Source of the DNA: Escherichia coli 042
GTDB taxonomy: Bacteria; Pseudomonadota; Gammaproteobacteria; Enterobacterales; Enterobacteriaceae
Direction: 5' to 3' (one strand)
Assembly (NCBI RefSeq): GCF_000027125.1
Contig: NC_017626.1
DNA length: 64,000 nt
Shown: positions 35,551-47,988 of the stretch, piece by piece
Layout: the number at the start of each line of letters is the position of its first letter
How positions within the stretch are numbered: position 1 is the stretch's first letter
Position numbers and translations under genes: made by a program
Notes under the pieces: model-generated
What the model saw: the letters and a program-made list of their open reading frames with translations, nothing else
Told to the model about the DNA's origin: nothing
Database searches by the model: none

Positions 35551-36369
35551 TTAAATCAGGTGGCTATAAATGAACCGGGCAATGCTGTCGGTGGTGTTAT
35601 CACCAATCACAATGTTGGCGCGCGCTTTTACCGCGTCATCGGCGTTGCCCATCGCCACGCCTGTACCAGCGGCTTCCAGCATACTGATATCATTAAAGTT
35701 ATCGCCGAATGCCACGACGTTTTCCATCGACCAACCTTGTGCCTCAACCCATTTCGTCAAACGTTTACCTTTGCTGTTGCCGCCGCGTGCAATATCAACC
35801 TGATCGTGCCAGGACCATTCACACTCCAGTCCCAGTTCATGTTCGACATGCTTACCAAAATGCTGCAATTGCGGCAGGTCATCGTGCGTCAGGGCGAACT
35901 TCCATACGGCGTTAACTTGTTGCGCCGTTTCAGCCAGAGAAGCGACTTGTGTGAAAGTCGGACGCTGTTCCGGCGGCAGGGTTTGCGCCCAGTTAGACGT
36001 GCGAATGACATGCCCGGTCGGGTGCTCATAGACCATTGCATCATCGACATACATCAGACCGTGAATGTGGTGTTCATTCAGCATCTCAATGAGTTGCAGG
36101 GCTTTATTAACGGGCATTGGGTCCGCTTCCAGCACGGTTTTTGCATGATAATCATACAAATAGGTGCCATTACAGCAAATAGCAGGTGTATCCAGCGCCA
36201 GCGCCTGATAAAAAGGATGAATAGCGACGTGATGGCGACCTGTGACGATGATTAATTGATAGCCTGCTTCGCGAGCGCGGGCCAGGGCTTCTATCGATGA
36301 TGGAAGCAAGGTCTTTTTCGGGGTCAATAAGGTGCCGTCTAAGTCGAGAGCAATCACGCGTGTGGTCAT
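35551..36369 (-). CDS. ybhA: HAD-family sugar phosphatase YbhA
   Basis: 272-aa protein from MTTRVIALDLDGTLL (HAD motif I); the track ORF starts 34 codons upstream. Confidence 0.85.
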   Translation of the reverse strand: MTTRVIALDLDGTLLTPKKTLLPSSIEALARAREAGYQLIIVTGRHHVAIHPFYQALALDTPAICCNGTYLYDYHAKTVLEADPMPVNKALQLIEMLNEHHIHGLMYVDDAMVYEHPTGHVIRTSNWAQTLPPEQRPTFTQVASLAETAQQVNAVWKFALTHDDLPQLQHFGKHVEHELGLECEWSWHDQVDIARGGNSKGKRLTKWVEAQGWSMENVVAFGDNFNDISMLEAAGTGVAMGNADDAVKARANIVIGDNTTDSIARFIYSHLI

Positions 36370-36487
36370 GGCGTATTCCAGATTAAGGTTAAGAATTTTC
36401 TTCTGCGCGAATGGTACACCGATACCACTATCGGACAAAATTCTGCGTTTTAATTCAGCATTCACCGCCAAAAGCGACTAATTTTAG

Positions 36488-37519
<1,032 letters not shown>

Positions 37520-37559
37520 CCGCTGATTTACCCGGCGCAGTCTCTTCTGCGCCGGTGTA

Positions 37560-38513
37560 TTAACCTATCTCCTGTAACGCATGTCTCTGGCGTTCGACGA
37601 TATTGGTCCACAAATTGTCTTTATCGTCAGTCCACAAATTAATCAGCAAGGCAAAAAAGCGTTCAGCTGCCGGAGAAAGCACGGCATCTTTGCGGCGAAT
37701 AATCCCCAATGTCCGACGTATAACCGGTTCCACCAGCGGGATACCAATAATCGAAGAGTAGGGCGCATGAGGCATTGCCAGGCCTGGAAGCGCCGAAATC
37801 CCTAGTCCTGCCTCCACCAGTCCTAATGACGTCGAAAGATGACGCACTTCGTAAAACCAGTCCAGCTTCCAGGGCTTGTCGGCTAGCTGTTGTTCTATCA
37901 ACAGTCGGTTGCCGCTGGAGGAGCGTACGCCAATCATTTTGTAACCCACTAACTCCTGCCATTCTACAAGCTGCTTTTTGGCCAATGGATGGTCACGCCG
38001 ACAGGCCAGCACGAACGGCTCGTTGACCAGGGGGGTAAAATCAATGGATGAATTTGTGACGTTGTTCATGTTTATGCCAAAGTCTGATTCGTTACACAGC
38101 ACCGATTCCATGCAATTATTCGTGCCTTGTTCCAGAATCCGCACTTTAATATTGGGATACAGCTCATTAAATTTACCAATTGCCAGTGGTAAAAAATAAA
38201 ATACTGCGGTCGGAATACACGCTAACGTCACCATACCACGATGATAAGCATTCATATCACGAATATTAAAAAGCGTTTCATCGAATTTCTTTATTAATTC
38301 CCGCGCCTCCGGGAGCAACCTTTTTCCTGCTTTTGTTAACGTAACCTTGCGAGTTGTACGCTCAAATAGTTGAATATGTAAATCCTCCTCCATCTTTTTT
38401 ATTCTTCGCGTTAATGCAGGTTGCGTAATATTGAGTAATTTAGCGGCATTGTTAAATGAACTGGACTCTGCCAGTATGACAAATGCCTTCATACTTGATA
38501 ATTCATGCTTCAT
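37560..38513 (-). CDS. ybhD: LysR-family transcriptional regulator YbhD
   Basis: 317-aa protein from MKHELSSMKAF with N-terminal HTH; divergent from ybhH. Start choice uncertain (track ORF begins 21 codons upstream). Confidence 0.8.
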   Translation of the reverse strand: MKHELSSMKAFVILAESSSFNNAAKLLNITQPALTRRIKKMEEDLHIQLFERTTRKVTLTKAGKRLLPEARELIKKFDETLFNIRDMNAYHRGMVTLACIPTAVFYFLPLAIGKFNELYPNIKVRILEQGTNNCMESVLCNESDFGINMNNVTNSSIDFTPLVNEPFVLACRRDHPLAKKQLVEWQELVGYKMIGVRSSSGNRLLIEQQLADKPWKLDWFYEVRHLSTSLGLVEAGLGISALPGLAMPHAPYSSIIGIPLVEPVIRRTLGIIRRKDAVLSPAAERFFALLINLWTDDKDNLWTNIVERQRHALQEIG

Positions 38514-38696
38514 TATTACTCCGGAAAATGGAAGCGTCGATTTTGGGTGGCTGGCCGTTAAAAATTTTAACTGCATTTAGCCAACTTAAATTAATGAAAA
38601 AATGTTATTAATCGTTGAGCTAAAGTCATTAGAGATGCTTTGCCCTTAATGTAACCATATCGCAATAAGTTATGTTTTTAAATTGAGGGCATTATT

Positions 38697-39749
38697 ATGA
38701 AAAAAATACCCTGCGTGATGATGCGAGGTGGAACCTCGAGGGGCGCGTTCCTGTTAGCGGAACATTTACCCGAAGATCAAACGCAGCGCGATAAAATATT
38801 GATGGCAATTATGGGTTCCGGTAACGATTTGGAAATTGACGGTATTGGCGGCGGTAATCCGCTGACCAGTAAAGTCGCCATTATTAGCCATTCCAGCGAT
38901 CCGCGTGCTGATGTCGATTATCTGTTTGCTCAAGTTATCGTCCATGAGCAACGTGTCGATACCACGCCTAACTGCGGCAATATGCTGTCTGGCGTTGGGG
39001 CATTCGCCATTGAAAATGGTTTGATTGCAGCGACTTCGCCAGTTACCCGCGTACGTATCCGCAACGTCAATACGGGTACGTTCATCGAAGCTGATGTGCA
39101 AACGCCAAATGGTGTTGTCGAGTACGAGGGTAGCGCCAGAATTGACGGCGTACCGGGTACTGCCGCACCGGTTGCGCTCACTTTCCTGAATGCCGCCGGA
39201 ACCAAAACCGGAAAAATCTTCCCGACTGATAATCAGATTGATTATTTTGACGATGTCCCGGTGACCTGTATCGATATGGCGATGCCAGTTGTCATTATTC
39301 CTGCTGAATATCTGGGAAAAACAGGCTATGAATTACCGGCGGAGCTGGATGCCGACAAAGCATTATTAGCCCGCATTGAATCTATCCGTCTACAAGCGGG
39401 TAAAGCAATGGGCTTAGGCGATGTCAGTAATATGGTTATCCCTAAACCTGTGCTTATTTCTCCAGCGCAGAAAGGCGGAGCAATTAATGTGCGTTATTTT
39501 ATGCCGCATTCTTGCCATCGCGCGCTGGCGATAACCGGTGCTATTGCCATTTCCAGTAGTTGTGCATTGGAAGGCACCGTCACCCGACAAATCGTCCCTT
39601 CTGTAGGATACGGCAATATCAATATTGAACACCCCAGTGGTGCGCTCGACGTTCATTTAAGTAATGAAGGTCAGGATGCCACGACGTTACGCGCATCTGT
39701 TATTCGGACAACCAGAAAAATATTTTCCGGTGAAGTTTTTCTTCCCTGA
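38697..39749 (+). CDS. ybhH: PrpF/AcnD-accessory-like isomerase YbhH
   Basis: 350-aa ORF MKKIPCVMMRGGTSRGAFLL. Confidence 0.85.
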   Translation: MKKIPCVMMRGGTSRGAFLLAEHLPEDQTQRDKILMAIMGSGNDLEIDGIGGGNPLTSKVAIISHSSDPRADVDYLFAQVIVHEQRVDTTPNCGNMLSGVGAFAIENGLIAATSPVTRVRIRNVNTGTFIEADVQTPNGVVEYEGSARIDGVPGTAAPVALTFLNAAGTKTGKIFPTDNQIDYFDDVPVTCIDMAMPVVIIPAEYLGKTGYELPAELDADKALLARIESIRLQAGKAMGLGDVSNMVIPKPVLISPAQKGGAINVRYFMPHSCHRALAITGAIAISSSCALEGTVTRQIVPSVGYGNINIEHPSGALDVHLSNEGQDATTLRASVIRTTRKIFSGEVFLP

Positions 39750-39824
39750 AAAAATTCGTTGTCAGGATAAGGACAATCAATAAAGGACTTCTGTATGAGT
39801 CATACAGAAAGAACAGGATTTTAA

Positions 39825-41258
39825 ATGAATAAAAAATCGTTATGGAAGCTAATTCTGATATTAGCGATCCCATGTATTATTGGCTTTATGCCAGCTCCGG
39901 CAGGATTAAGCGAACTGGCGTGGGTGCTTTTTGGTATTTACCTGGCGGCCATTGTGGGGCTGGTTATCAAGCCTTTCCCGGAACCTGTCGTACTGTTAAT
40001 TGCCGTTGCTGCCTCAATGGTGGTGGTCGGTAACTTATCCGACGGTGCGTTTAAGACCACCGCCGTATTAAGTGGTTACTCTTCAGGTACCACCTGGCTG
40101 GTGTTCTCGGCGTTTACCTTAAGCGCCGCATTTGTGACCACCGGCTTAGGTAAACGTATAGCCTATCTGCTGATTGGTAAAATCGGTAACACCACGCTGG
40201 GTCTGGGTTACGTTACGGTATTCCTCGATCTGGTACTGGCTCCGGCAACACCGTCTAACACCGCGCGTGCGGGCGGCATTGTGTTACCGATCATCAACAG
40301 CGTGGCGGTGGCTTTGGGGTCAGAACCGGAAAAAAGCCCGCGTCGTGTTGGACATTACCTGATGATGTCCATTTACATGGTCACCAAAACCACCAGCTAT
40401 ATGTTCTTTACCGCAATGGCGGGGAACATTCTGGCGCTGAAAATGATCAACGATATTCTGCACCTGCAAATTAGCTGGGGTGGATGGGCGCTGGCCGCCG
40501 GATTGCCGGGTATCATTATGCTGCTGGTCACCCCGCTGGTGATTTACACCATGTATCCGCCAGAAATTAAGAAGGTGGATAACAAAACCATCGCCAAAGC
40601 GGGCCTTGCCGAACTGGGACCGATGAAAATCCGCGAAAAAATGCTGCTCGGTGTCTTCGTGCTGGCGCTGCTGGGCTGGATTTTCAGTAAGTCACTGGGG
40701 GTTGATGAATCCACCGTGGCAATCGTTGTTATGGCGACTATGCTGCTGCTGGGTATCGTTACCTGGGAAGACGTGGTTAAAAATAAAGGCGGCTGGAATA
40801 CCTTAATCTGGTACGGCGGTATTATCGGCTTAAGCTCCTTATTATCGAAAGTTAAATTCTTCGAATGGTTAGCTGAAGTCTTTAAAAATAACCTGGCATT
40901 TGATGGTCACGGTAACGTTGCTTTCTTCGTTATTATTTTCCTCAGCATTATCGTGCGTTATTTCTTCGCTTCCGGTAGTGCCTATATCGTTGCCATGTTA
41001 CCGGTATTTGCCATGCTGGCGAACGTCTCCGGCGCACCGTTAATGTTAACCGCGCTGGCACTGTTGTTCTCCAACTCCTATGGCGGCATGGTTACTCACT
41101 ATGGCGGCGCGGCAGGTCCGGTCATCTTTGGCGTGGGTTATAACGATATTAAATCCTGGTGGTTGGTCGGTGCGGTACTGACGATATTAACCTTCCTGGT
41201 GCATATCACCCTTGGCGTGTGGTGGTGGAATATGCTGATCGGCTGGAACATGCTGTAA
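39825..41258 (+). CDS. ybhI: DASS-family anion/dicarboxylate transporter YbhI
   Basis: 477-aa polytopic membrane protein. Confidence 0.85.
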   Translation: MNKKSLWKLILILAIPCIIGFMPAPAGLSELAWVLFGIYLAAIVGLVIKPFPEPVVLLIAVAASMVVVGNLSDGAFKTTAVLSGYSSGTTWLVFSAFTLSAAFVTTGLGKRIAYLLIGKIGNTTLGLGYVTVFLDLVLAPATPSNTARAGGIVLPIINSVAVALGSEPEKSPRRVGHYLMMSIYMVTKTTSYMFFTAMAGNILALKMINDILHLQISWGGWALAAGLPGIIMLLVTPLVIYTMYPPEIKKVDNKTIAKAGLAELGPMKIREKMLLGVFVLALLGWIFSKSLGVDESTVAIVVMATMLLLGIVTWEDVVKNKGGWNTLIWYGGIIGLSSLLSKVKFFEWLAEVFKNNLAFDGHGNVAFFVIIFLSIIVRYFFASGSAYIVAMLPVFAMLANVSGAPLMLTALALLFSNSYGGMVTHYGGAAGPVIFGVGYNDIKSWWLVGAVLTILTFLVHITLGVWWWNMLIGWNML

Positions 41259-41440
41259 ATATACTCGTCATACTTCAAGTTGCATGTGCTGCGTCTGCGT
41301 TCGCTCACCCCAGTCACTTACTTATGTAAGCTCCTGGGGATTCACTCGATTGTCGCCTTCCTGCAACTCGAATTATTTAGAGTATATCCATTTATTATCT
41401 TTCTGCGCACTTCTCGGTGCGCAGATATCTGGAGCATTTG

Positions 41441-43702
41441 ATGATCAAGTTATCTGAAAAAGGCGTGTTTCTCGCCAGTAATAACGAAATAATTGCCGAA
41501 GAACATTTCACCGGCGAAATTAAAAAAGAAGAAGCAAAAAAAGGCACTATTGCCTGGTCTATTCTCTCTTCTCATAATACGTCCGGAAATATGGATAAAC
41601 TTAAAATTAAGTTTGATTCATTAGCCTCTCACGATATTACCTTTGTTGGTATTGTACAGACCGCTAAAGCGTCCGGTATGGAACGTTTCCCGCTGCCGTA
41701 TGTGCTGACCAACTGCCATAACTCACTTTGCGCCGTCGGCGGCACCATTAACGGTGATGACCATGTTTTTGGTTTATCGGCGGCTCAGCGTTATGGCGGT
41801 ATTTTTGTGCCTCCGCATATTGCGGTCATCCATCAATATATGCGTGAGATGATGGCAGGCGGCGGCAAAATGATCCTCGGGTCAGACAGCCACACCCGTT
41901 ACGGTGCATTAGGGACAATGGCAGTCGGTGAGGGCGGCGGCGAGTTGGTAAAACAGCTGCTTAATGACACCTGGGATATCGACTATCCGGGAGTTGTTGC
42001 GGTGCATCTGACCGGAAAACCAGCGCCGTATGTGGGGCCACAGGATGTGGCGCTGGCTATCATCGGTGCCGTGTTCAAAAACGGCTACGTCAAAAACAAA
42101 GTGATGGAATTCGTAGGTCCCGGTGTTGCTGCGCTCTCTACCGATTTCCGTAACAGCGTTGACGTTATGACCACGGAAACGACCTGTTTAAGTTCTGTCT
42201 GGCAAACCGATGAAGAAGTCCATAACTGGCTGGCGCTGCACGGTCGCGGCCAGGATTACTGCCAGCTTAACCCTCAACCGATGGCGTACTACGATGGCTG
42301 CATCAGCGTTGATTTAAGCGCCATCAAACCAATGATTGCGCTGCCGTTCCACCCGAGCAACGTGTATGAAATCGACATGCTGAACCAGAACCTGACCGAC
42401 ATTCTGCGTGAGATTGAAATTGAGTCCGAACGCGTGGCGCACGGTAAAGCCAAACTCTCGCTGCTGGATAAAGTGGAAAATGGTCGCCTGAAAGTGCAGC
42501 AGGGGATTATCGCGGGCTGTTCTGGCGGTAACTACGAAAACGTCATCGCGGCGGCGAATGCACTGCGCGGTCAATCCTGTGGCAATGACACCTTCTCGTT
42601 AGCGGTTTACCCGTCATCACAGCCGGTGTTTATGGATTTAGCCAAAAAAGGCGTGGTAGCAGATTTGATTGGCGCAGGCGCAATCATCAGAACCGCGTTC
42701 TGCGGCCCATGCTTTGGCGCGGGCGATACGCCAATCAACAACGGTTTGAGTATTCGCCACACCACGCGTAACTTCCCGAACCGCGAAGGCTCTAAGCCAG
42801 CCAATGGGCAGATGTCAGCGGTGGCGTTGATGGACGCTCGTTCTATCGCTGCGACTGCGGCAAACGGTGGCTATTTAACCTCTGCCAGCGAACTTGATTG
42901 CTGGGACAACGTACCGGAGTACGCCTTCGATGTAACTCCGTATAAAAACCGTGTTTATCAGGGCTTTGTGAAAGGGGCGACCCAGCAACCATTGATTTAC
43001 GGACCGAACATAAAAGACTGGCCAGAATTGGGGGCGCTAACTGACAATATCGTCCTCAAAGTGTGCTCGAAGATCCTCGACGAAGTGACCACCACCGACG
43101 AACTGATCCCTTCCGGTGAAACCTCTTCTTATCGTTCAAATCCGATTGGTCTGGCGGAGTTTACCCTGTCACGCCGCGATCCAGGTTATGTTGGCAGAAG
43201 TAAAGCGACTGCTGAGCTGGAAAATCAGCGTCTGGCGGGGAATGTCAGCGAGCTGACAGAGGTGTTTGCGCGCATTAAGCAGATTGCTGGTCAGGAGCAT
43301 ATTGATCCGCTGCAAACTGAAATTGGCAGCATGGTCTATGCGGTGAAACCAGGCGATGGTTCAGCGCGTGAGCAGGCGGCGAGCTGCCAGCGTGTGATTG
43401 GCGGTCTGGCGAATATTGCCGAGGAGTACGCGACTAAACGCTACCGTTCTAACGTCATCAACTGGGGGATGTTACCGCTGCAGATGGCGGAAGCACCAAC
43501 GTTTGAAGTGGGGGATTACATTTACATCCCTGGCATTAAAGCAGCGCTGGATAATCCGGGTACGACGTTTAAAGGTTATGTGATCCATGAAGATGCGCCG
43601 GTAACGGAAATTACGCTTTACATGGAAAGCCTGACGGCCGAAGAGCGCGAGATTATCAAGGCGGGTAGTTTGATTAACTTCAATAAAAACCGTCAGATGT
43701 AA
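41441..43702 (+). CDS. ybhJ: Aconitase-family protein YbhJ
   Basis: 753-aa protein from [10 protein letters not shown]; start codon choice uncertain (track ORF starts at 41417). Confidence 0.85.
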   Translation: MIKLSEKGVFLASNNEIIAEEHFTGEIKKEEAKKGTIAWSILSSHNTSGNMDKLKIKFDSLASHDITFVGIVQTAKASGMERFPLPYVLTNCHNSLCAVGGTINGDDHVFGLSAAQRYGGIFVPPHIAVIHQYMREMMAGGGKMILGSDSHTRYGALGTMAVGEGGGELVKQLLNDTWDIDYPGVVAVHLTGKPAPYVGPQDVALAIIGAVFKNGYVKNKVMEFVGPGVAALSTDFRNSVDVMTTETTCLSSVWQTDEEVHNWLALHGRGQDYCQLNPQPMAYYDGCISVDLSAIKPMIALPFHPSNVYEIDMLNQNLTDILREIEIESERVAHGKAKLSLLDKVENGRLKVQQGIIAGCSGGNYENVIAAANALRGQSCGNDTFSLAVYPSSQPVFMDLAKKGVVADLIGAGAIIRTAFCGPCFGAGDTPINNGLSIRHTTRNFPNREGSKPANGQMSAVALMDARSIAATAANGGYLTSASELDCWDNVPEYAFDVTPYKNRVYQGFVKGATQQPLIYGPNIKDWPELGALTDNIVLKVCSKILDEVTTTDELIPSGETSSYRSNPIGLAEFTLSRRDPGYVGRSKATAELENQRLAGNVSELTEVFARIKQIAGQEHIDPLQTEIGSMVYAVKPGDGSAREQAASCQRVIGGLANIAEEYATKRYRSNVINWGMLPLQMAEAPTFEVGDYIYIPGIKAALDNPGTTFKGYVIHEDAPVTEITLYMESLTAEEREIIKAGSLINFNKNRQM

Positions 43703-43770
43703 AAAAGGCGCTATGAAATATAGCGCCCTGTTTCATTAACCCGATGGTTCAGACTATCGGGTTTTCTTTT

Positions 43771-45054
43771 TTACTTCTTCGCCTCTGCAACCACTTTACT
43801 ACCCACGCCGCGGTTATTGTATTCCCACATGCGGTTGTAGTTAGTGTCATTCAGATTGCGTTGTATTTCGTCGCTATCGTCAACGCTGCCGGTGTTACCT
43901 GCGAATGGACGATTGGAAATCACCGCATCGGCCCACGGTTTCGCCGTGTTAAAACCTTCGTTGATGGCGCTATCACGGATCACCACCTGACCGTTGGTAT
44001 TGGCATCAACATCCAGCGAACGACCCAGTTGCGCCACGCCATCACCGGAAGCATTGAAACGGCTGTTTACGGCGAGGAAACCGTAATAGATGTTAGACAG
44101 CGTAGCCGGTGCAAACACATACGCTTCTTGCTGAGTACGTGAGTTCACCACGCGGAATTCGGTGTTATCGAACACCACTGCGCCGCGACCAGAAACGATA
44201 TCCACATCCCCTTCAATGTAACTGTTGGTCACCAGAGTACGCGGCTGACGGTTGGTTTCCAGACGGTTTTGCACACCACTGTTGGTGACAAAGAAGGTAT
44301 TTTGACGACCGAGAATGTTGACGTTATTGATCTGCACTTTGTCGCCATCAGTACGCAGTGCCACCGCCGGATGGTTACCTGCATCTACGCTATCGCCCAG
44401 CGTGTTTTCGATGGTCAGGTTTTGCAGTTGCAGGCCATTGTTTTGTGACCAGAAGACCGCAGAGCAGAGAACGCCGATACTGTCGCTGCGTTTGCTCTGG
44501 CAGCTATCGTACATATACCACGCTGGTTTACCTGGCATATATTTGCCGCGCGGGTTGACGTCATGACGCCAGTCGGCAGGGCTCATGCCCCCATCAAGGG
44601 AAAGCCCAATCTTCACATCAATCGGTTTTTCACCTGTACCGTACAGAGTAATTCCACCCGGAGCGGCAGGGACATATACCGTTCCCTGATACTCACCAGG
44701 CATCACGGCAATATACTGGCGCTTGTTGGTGCGCTTGATAATTGCCGCATCTACCGCCGCCTGAATCGTGGTATGCGTTACACCTTGAGTACCCGCCGGG
44801 CCGACAACAAAGTCAGGTTGCGCAGGCAGGGTAATCGGGGAAGGATTCCACGCTGCCGCACCTGGTGTCAGGGATGCAAAATAGTGTTGAGCATCGAAAT
44901 TCTGCGCTTCTTTTGCCGACAGAATCGGGCGAGAAGAGGTACCAGGCGCGGTTTGATCAGAAGGACGTTGATCGGGCGGTGTTGAGCTACAGGCGGTCAG
45001 CGTCACGCCAAAAGCCAATGCCAGCGCCAGACGGGAAACTGAAAATGTGTTCAC
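43771..45054 (-). CDS. ybhC: Pectinesterase-family outer-membrane lipoprotein YbhC
   Basis: 427-aa ORF with lipobox LTACSS; last host gene before the lambda attachment site. Confidence 0.9.
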   Translation of the reverse strand: MNTFSVSRLALALAFGVTLTACSSTPPDQRPSDQTAPGTSSRPILSAKEAQNFDAQHYFASLTPGAAAWNPSPITLPAQPDFVVGPAGTQGVTHTTIQAAVDAAIIKRTNKRQYIAVMPGEYQGTVYVPAAPGGITLYGTGEKPIDVKIGLSLDGGMSPADWRHDVNPRGKYMPGKPAWYMYDSCQSKRSDSIGVLCSAVFWSQNNGLQLQNLTIENTLGDSVDAGNHPAVALRTDGDKVQINNVNILGRQNTFFVTNSGVQNRLETNRQPRTLVTNSYIEGDVDIVSGRGAVVFDNTEFRVVNSRTQQEAYVFAPATLSNIYYGFLAVNSRFNASGDGVAQLGRSLDVDANTNGQVVIRDSAINEGFNTAKPWADAVISNRPFAGNTGSVDDSDEIQRNLNDTNYNRMWEYNNRGVGSKVVAEAKK

Positions 45055-45100
45055 AGGTTGCTCCGGGCTATGAAATAGAAAAATGAATCCGTTGAAGCCT

Positions 45101-45115
45101 GCTTTTTTATACTAA
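45101..45115 (+). other. attL core (lambda att common core O) - left prophage junction
   Basis: gcttttttatactaa core; host arm (ccgttgaagcct) on the left, lambda P' arm (gttggcattataaaaaagcattgcttatcaatttgttgcaacgaacaggtcactatcagtcaaaataaaatcattatttg) on the right. Confidence 0.9.
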
Positions 45116-45188
45116 GTTGGCATTATAAAAAAGCATTGCTTATCAATTTGTTGCAACGAACAGGTCACTATCAGTCAAAATAAAATCA

Positions 45189-46259
45189 TTATTTGATTTC
45201 AATTTTGTCCCACTCCCTGCCTCTGTCATCACGATACTGTGATGCCATGGTGTCCGACTTATGCCCGAGAAGATGTTGAGCAAACTTATCGCTTATCTGC
45301 TTCTCATAGAGTCTTGCAGACAAACTGCGCAACTCGTGAAATGTAGGCGGATCCCCTTCGAAGGAAAGACCTGATGCTTTTCGTGCGCGCATAAAATACC
45401 TTGATACTGTGCCGGATGAAAGCGGTTCACGACGAGTAGATGCAATTATGGTTTCTCCGCCAAGAATCTCTTTGCATTTATCAAGTGTTTCCTTCATTGA
45501 TATCCCGAGAGCATCAACATGCAATGTTGTAGGGATGGCAATTTTTACACCTGTTTTGCTTTGCTCGACATAAAGATATCCATCTACGATATCAGACCAC
45601 TTCATTTCGCATAAATCACCAACTCGCTGCCCGGTAACAACAGCCAGTTCCATTGCAAGTCTGAGCCAACATGGTGATGATTCTGCTGCTTGATAAATTT
45701 TCAGGTATTCGTCAGCCGTAAGTCTTGATCTCCTTACCTCTGATTTTGCTGCGCGAGTGGCAGCGACCGGGTTTGTTGTTATATGGCCTTCAGCTATTGC
45801 CTCTCGGAATGCATCGCTTAGTGTTGATCTGATTAACTTGGCTGACGCCGCCTTGCCCTCGTCTATGTATCCATTGAGCATTGCCGCAATTTCTTTTGTG
45901 GTGATGTTTTCAAGTGGAGCATCAGGCAGACCCCTCCTTATTGCTTTAATTTTGCTCATGTAATTTATGAGTGTCTTCTGCTTGATTCCTCTGTTGGCGA
46001 GGATTTTTTCGTAGCGATCAAGCCATGAATGTAACGTAACAGAATTATCACTGTTGATTCTCGCTGTCAGAGGCTTGTGTTTGTGTCCTGAAAATAACTC
46101 AATGTTGGCCTGTATAGCTTCAGTGATTGCTATCCTCCTGTCTCGGCCTAATCCAAACTCTTTACCCGTCCTTGGGTCCCTGTAGCAGTAATATCCATTG
46201 TTTCTTATATAAAGGTTAGGGGGTAAATCCCGGCGCTCATGACTTCGCCTTCTTCCCAT
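45189..46259 (-). CDS. int: Lambda-type tyrosine integrase
   Basis: 356-aa ORF MGRRRSHERRDLPPNLYIRNNGYYCYRDPRTGKEFGLGRDRRIAITEAIQANIELF matches lambda Int. Confidence 0.95.
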   Translation of the reverse strand: MGRRRSHERRDLPPNLYIRNNGYYCYRDPRTGKEFGLGRDRRIAITEAIQANIELFSGHKHKPLTARINSDNSVTLHSWLDRYEKILANRGIKQKTLINYMSKIKAIRRGLPDAPLENITTKEIAAMLNGYIDEGKAASAKLIRSTLSDAFREAIAEGHITTNPVAATRAAKSEVRRSRLTADEYLKIYQAAESSPCWLRLAMELAVVTGQRVGDLCEMKWSDIVDGYLYVEQSKTGVKIAIPTTLHVDALGISMKETLDKCKEILGGETIIASTRREPLSSGTVSRYFMRARKASGLSFEGDPPTFHELRSLSARLYEKQISDKFAQHLLGHKSDTMASQYRDDRGREWDKIEIK

Positions 46260-46455
46260 TTCTGATCCTCTTCAAAAGGCTACCTGTTACTGGTCGATTT
46301 AAGTCAACCTTTACCGCTGATTCGTGGAACAGATACTCTCTTCCATCCTTAACCGGAGGAGGGAATATCCTGCATTCGCGCACCCATCGACGAACTGTTT
46401 CAAGGCTTCTTGGGCGCCGCTGGCGTGCGTTCCACTCCTGAAGTGTCAAGTACAT
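46237..46455 (-). CDS. xis: Excisionase
   Basis: 72-aa ORF MYLTLQEWNARQRRPRSLETVRRWVRECRIFPPPVKDGREYLFHE matches lambda Xis; overlaps the int start. Confidence 0.95.
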   Translation of the reverse strand: MYLTLQEWNARQRRPRSLETVRRWVRECRIFPPPVKDGREYLFHESAVKVDLNRPVTGSLLKRIRNGKKAKS

Positions 46456-46560
46456 CGCAAAGTCTCCGCAATTACACGCAAGAAAAGCCGCATTGATGCG
46501 GCGATGGTAGGTCTGGATATCTTGAGAAATGAACTGGCCTCATCGAGTGTGAGGCTGTGG

Positions 46561-46905
46561 TTAGTCCTTGCGTAGCTCACTGATTCTTCTGTAAGTCTCT
46601 GGTGCTTTGTTTCCGTGTATCTTCATTTCAGACTTCAACAGAGCAACGAGGGAATCCCATTCGTTGAGGATGCCTTTGAATGCCGGAACGCGCTTTGCAA
46701 CCTTGTCGAATGAATCTCTGATTTCTGGGATCTGCTCAACAAGTGCAACGCATCGTCGGAAATCGGCTGCGTCATGTGGAGCACCGAAGTGATGACCATA
46801 GATATTCTTTTTCAGTCCACATGCGATTGAGGCAAGAGTTGCGCTACTGATGCCGACATCGCCAGTTGATTGCCATTTCAAAACCTTCATAGCCAAATCT
46901 GACAT
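46561..46905 (-). CDS. Hypothetical phage protein (b-region)
   Basis: 114-aa protein from MSDLAMKV with GGAG 8 nt upstream; the track ORF extends 9 codons further upstream into a terminator hairpin. Confidence 0.5.
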   Translation of the reverse strand: MSDLAMKVLKWQSTGDVGISSATLASIACGLKKNIYGHHFGAPHDAADFRRCVALVEQIPEIRDSFDKVAKRVPAFKGILNEWDSLVALLKSEMKIHGNKAPETYRRISELRKD

Positions 46906-46920
46906 TTCTTGTCTCCAATA

Positions 46921-46945
46921 AAAAACCGCCATCAGGCGGCTTGGT
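46921..46945 (-). terminator. Rho-independent terminator within the early-left transcript
   Basis: Minus-strand hairpin ccgcctgatggcgg followed by ttttttatt. Confidence 0.5.
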
Positions 46946-47005
46946 GTTCTTTCAGTTCTTCAATTCGAATATTGGTTACATTGTTTTCATATATGAATAA
47001 ATAAA

Positions 47006-47218
47006 TTAGCTTTTTTCGTTGCCTTCGCTTTCTTTATTAATTTTAACAAACTCGTTTTTACCACGCTCTCCAAATGCGTCTTTAGAGTCGTTGTATCCGC
47101 AATCGCAGCACACATAATCTCCAGACCATCCACGCATTGTTTTTTCTTTTGCAATATTTCCAGAACCGCATTTTGGACAAGACATATCACTACCTCCAAA
47201 GCATGAGTGAGATGACAA
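47006..47218 (-). CDS. Small Zn-ribbon protein
   Basis: CPKC...CCDC cysteine pairs (MSCPKCGSGNIAKEKTMRGWSGDYVCCDCGY); true start may be the internal Met. Confidence 0.45.
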   Translation of the reverse strand: MSSHSCFGGSDMSCPKCGSGNIAKEKTMRGWSGDYVCCDCGYNDSKDAFGERGKNEFVKINKESEGNEKS

Positions 47219-47281
47219 CGTAACATTGATTGGAGATTAACAATAGATTGCTGATGTAAAAGATATGTATAAGCTTCGCTT

Positions 47282-47986
47282 TCAAAGTGGAGGCTCTGGT
47301 AGCGGCATCCAGTGTGACGGCTCACATACCCCCTCAACACCGTTCATGTAAAAGAATTGAAATAACCCTTTACCTTTGTGAAACCCTACCATCTGCTCTT
47401 TTGTGTCTGAACAATAAACCAAAACATCTTCTTCGTTTGGCATTCGCTCACTACAGCTTATCCAACTATCCGGAGTTCCCGGAGAGTTGCCATTTACATC
47501 GAAGTTTGGCTCTGCGTCCTGAACCAGGAGAATGTAACCATTCTTGGCTGTATCAAGTTCTAACGCCTCGGTGACGGTGCCGAAATAGCGATTACCTAAA
47601 TCAGCATCACAAGTGCTTACATCAATGGAAACTTCCATGCCTTCGATTAATTCTGGCAAGTTGTAAGTTTGGCTTACAGGTTGGCTACCCTGAAGCATGG
47701 CGGCGCGGTGACACCAGATAATCCAGCCAAGCGCCATATCCCATGCCATGTATTCTCTATCGCCATTTTTTGCCCTACGGCGATCTACAGATTCCCCGAA
47801 ACGCTTCTCCATAAATAATTCATAGGCTGCTCGTTCATCCGATACTGCTGCCAGTGATGCCAGTGCAATTTTTAATGCGGTAAGCATGTTGTTTTGATCT
47901 TCATCGAGTCCGAACGGTATTTCATCCCGTGCTGACTCAATGCTGGTAATCGTGTTCTGTAACCATTCTTTGGTAAGAGTATTCAT
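47282..47986 (-). CDS. Phage protein with DUF551-like C-terminus
   Basis: 234-aa ORF ending ...CEPSHWMPLPEPPL, a C-terminal pattern typical of DUF551 prophage proteins; tightly packed in operon. Confidence 0.5.
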   Translation of the reverse strand: MNTLTKEWLQNTITSIESARDEIPFGLDEDQNNMLTALKIALASLAAVSDERAAYELFMEKRFGESVDRRRAKNGDREYMAWDMALGWIIWCHRAAMLQGSQPVSQTYNLPELIEGMEVSIDVSTCDADLGNRYFGTVTEALELDTAKNGYILLVQDAEPNFDVNGNSPGTPDSWISCSERMPNEEDVLVYCSDTKEQMVGFHKGKGLFQFFYMNGVEGVCEPSHWMPLPEPPL

Positions 47987-47988
47987 AA